Assembly (NCBI RefSeq): GCF_056712565.1
Contig: NZ_CM160072.1
Reading direction: 5' to 3' (one strand)
Length of the DNA stretch: 64,000 nucleotides
The notes under the pieces are model-generated. The model saw nothing but the letters and a program-made list of their open reading frames with translations, was not told where the DNA came from and did no database searches. The position numbers and the translations under genes were made by a program. This document shows positions 62,016 to 64,000 of the stretch, piece by piece (the first letter of the stretch is position 1; the number at the start of each line of letters is the position of its first letter).

Positions 62016-62607
62016 AAATTTTAGTACGGTAACAGTTAACTAAATTTTCATGTGGTAGCACTGAATCAGGAGACTGCGTTTCCTGATGTGCGCTGTTAAT
62101 TTTCTGTTTTTACGAAACATTTTCCCCTTCTTCCTGTGTATTTTATTGCGCTCCTCTTTTCATGTCCTTCCCATATCCTGAAACTCACTTAAATGCTGTT
62201 GAATCGTCACGCATTGCAATTTTCAATGACTGAAATCAAAAATTGCTATTTTTTAAGCTAACCAACTGTATTAAAAGCATTCAGTGGAATAATTTTCTGC
62301 ACTTTTCCATTAATTATGGTTATAAATTTTGTAATGTGCTGTTTTTGCGATATTAGTCAGAATAAAGAACTGTTCATTTGTATTATATTGATCGATAAAT
62401 CTGCCATATTGCTGTAGTTCAGATCATTATTCTATAATGATCAAAATTAAGTCAGCTAAAAATTGGCAGATTTATTACTCAGCATTCTGGTACCGGTTGA
62501 TGTGGGTAAATACCGGAAAGGCGGTAGCGTGCCATTGCAAAAAATGGTGGGAGGTATCGTCAGGAGGCTGGTAATTGTTGGTATGGCATGAATAAAAGGT
62601 TTTTCGT

Positions 62608-63045
62608 TTGACTGGAAAATTATGTTGCAGGAACGTGAGGGCTGAGGAACAAAGCGTATTCCGGCGCTGTCCGTCCTTGCTGTCACTGACACTGATGTCT
62701 GCTTTATTATCGCCTTTATCTCTTCAGGCAGCGGATGTCCGGCGTAGCGGAGATGAAGCATTTATCATTCAGCAGCAGCGTCAGGAAGCCCTTGAGCAAC
62801 AACTGATGCCTTCAGCCCCTGATGTTCGCCTTTCTGCACCTGGCTCTTTTGCACGTAAGATTAATTTTCCTGTTGAAACGCCCTGTTTTCAGATTAAACA
62901 GACGGAACTGGAGGGGGCTGATGCGTTACCACACTGGCTGCCTTTACAAAAAATCGCCAACGGGGCGGTCGGGCACTGTCTGGGGGCGAAAGGAATTAAT
63001 CTGCTGATGAGTACATTGCAGAACCGTCTGGTCGATCATGGTTAA
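62608..63045 (+). pseudogene. TpsB-family (ShlB/FhaC/CdiB-like) outer-membrane transporter, N-terminal fragment only
   Basis: Signal peptide plus POTRA-like N-terminus ending ...[20 protein letters not shown] then stop; full TpsB proteins are ~550-590 aa. Confidence 0.55.
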
Positions 63046-63116
63046 CCCTTTCCGGTCAGCAGATAACGCGACTGACAGAATTACCCCCGGCATATAACCT
63101 GCAGCGCAGTGCGCAG

Positions 63117-63515
63117 TTGCTGCAGCAACTGATGGTACTTTTCCCCGACAATCCCCATGTTCAGGAAATGGTGGATAACTGGCAGAAGAGCGTAAGGAGT
63201 CGTGCGCTCCCGGAAGAGGCGATGACGGGCTGGAATGAAGGCATGACCCGCTTACAGCAGCTGGCTGAACGCCTGAACCGTCTGGATGAACAGCGGGGAA
63301 AATACATGACGGTCAGTGAACTGAGAACGGAGGTGTTTGGCATCATGCAGGCCTTTAACCGGCATATCCCGGCGGAAGAGCAGTTACGTCGCTATGATGA
63401 AGCCCGTAACCAGAATGGCAGTGAACAGCAGCAAAAACAGGCTGAAATGGCACTGAATCAGCTGATTAATCGTTATCAGGTGGAACACGCTGGCAAACCG
63501 GAGAGGCAGCCATGA
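63117..63515 (+). CDS. Hypothetical protein or gene fragment
   Basis: 132-aa ORF; reading frame extends upstream without a start; family not recognised. Confidence 0.25.
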   Translation: MLQQLMVLFPDNPHVQEMVDNWQKSVRSRALPEEAMTGWNEGMTRLQQLAERLNRLDEQRGKYMTVSELRTEVFGIMQAFNRHIPAEEQLRRYDEARNQNGSEQQQKQAEMALNQLINRYQVEHAGKPERQP

Positions 63516-63753
63516 TGGCTGATAAAACATGGTAATGGAAAATAAACCCAAAAGAATGCGCACACCATGGGCAATCGAAGATATTCGCTACCTTGAAACG
63601 CATTATGGCGTGAAAAAAAACGCGAAATAGCGGCATATTGCCATGGGAGGGGATATGTCTGTCAGGCTGACTTGTTTTTCTCTTAAATAGCCTTTATTTA
63701 AATTAGCCTTGGTATGAAATTAGAATCTATTAATTTTTATCAAAGGAGATTGT

Positions 63754-64000
63754 GTGACAATAGCAAGAGATTCTGTTAGTGGTGAAATTGTTCATGGTCA
63801 TGATCTTCGGGAAATGGATGATCTTTATATACGAACAACCACTTTTGAATGCCCGTATGACAAATGTAGGATACCCGCTACTCCATGTAGCTTCAAAGAA
63901 ATAAATTTAAATCAATCATACTTTCGATATAAAGAGACTCATAGGCCGGGATGTAATATTCATGATCCTAAGAGTAAAAATAAGTGTAACTCAAAGAATA
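63754..64000 (+). CDS. Cys-rich hypothetical protein, partial (runs off the window end)
   Basis: GTG at 63754 preceded by AAAGGAG at 63742-63748; 82 codons without stop; AT-rich. Confidence 0.35.
   Translation, partial: MTIARDSVSGEIVHGHDLREMDDLYIRTTTFECPYDKCRIPATPCSFKEINLNQSYFRYKETHRPGCNIHDPKSKNKCNSKN

Larger units (their letters stand above)
24788..64000. mobile_element. Composite genomic island at the pheU locus; continues beyond the window end (intact tRNA and any integrase not in the window)
   Basis: Begins at the tRNA-Phe 3' repeat; contains prophage-remnant genes, IS2 remnant, group II intron, accessory metabolic locus and gene fragments; K-12 genes expected beyond pheU are absent. 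Confidence 0.7.

Noticed and set aside
1-64000. CRISPR arrays, rRNA genes, intact tRNA genes
   Set aside because: No regularly spaced direct repeats or rRNA/tRNA-like sequence found on manual inspection; only the tRNA-Phe fragment is present

Overview
Escherichia coli chromosomal window in K-12 orientation. The first ~24.7 kb is conserved core: adiC (partial)-adiY-adiA, melR-melA, yjdF, fumB, dcuB, dcuRS, yjdI-yjdJ, ghoS-ghoT, lysU, dtpC, cadBA and cadC. melB, which lies between melA and yjdF in K-12, is absent: the melA and yjdF stop codons overlap. At 24766-24787 there is a 22-nt copy of the tRNA-Phe 3' end next to the native pheU terminator, marking one boundary of a composite genomic island that fills the remaining >39 kb. 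The island contains: (1) a CP4-57/CP4-44-like prophage-remnant module (cbtA/cbeA toxin-antitoxin, radC-like, antirestriction, DUF932, WYL regulator, YeeP-type GTPase) with no integrase in the window; (2) an AT-rich, unrecognised 407-aa gene in the slot where such elements usually carry defence cargo, followed by ~1.4 kb of skewed non-coding DNA, two YagK/YfjJ-like paralogs and alpA; (3) an IS2 remnant truncating a decayed RND/TetR/MarA-like efflux module; (4) a ~20 kb glycyl-radical-enzyme microcompartment locus (GRE, activase, BMC shell proteins, aldehyde and alcohol dehydrogenases, PduL, acyl kinase, EutJ) with a PocR-domain two-component system, a dedicated metK paralog and an extended shell protein; this is the most interesting system here, though it resembles the known GRM3 class; (5) a group II intron inserted after an intrinsic terminator inside that locus, its reverse transcriptase carrying two in-frame stop codons; (6) distal remnants including a cdiB-like fragment. 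A ~150-170 bp inverted repeat with a conserved palindrome (37099-37266 and 44502-44651) is unexplained. No intact tRNA, rRNA or CRISPR array was found. All calls rest on reading the sequence and recalled family signatures; no database searches were run.
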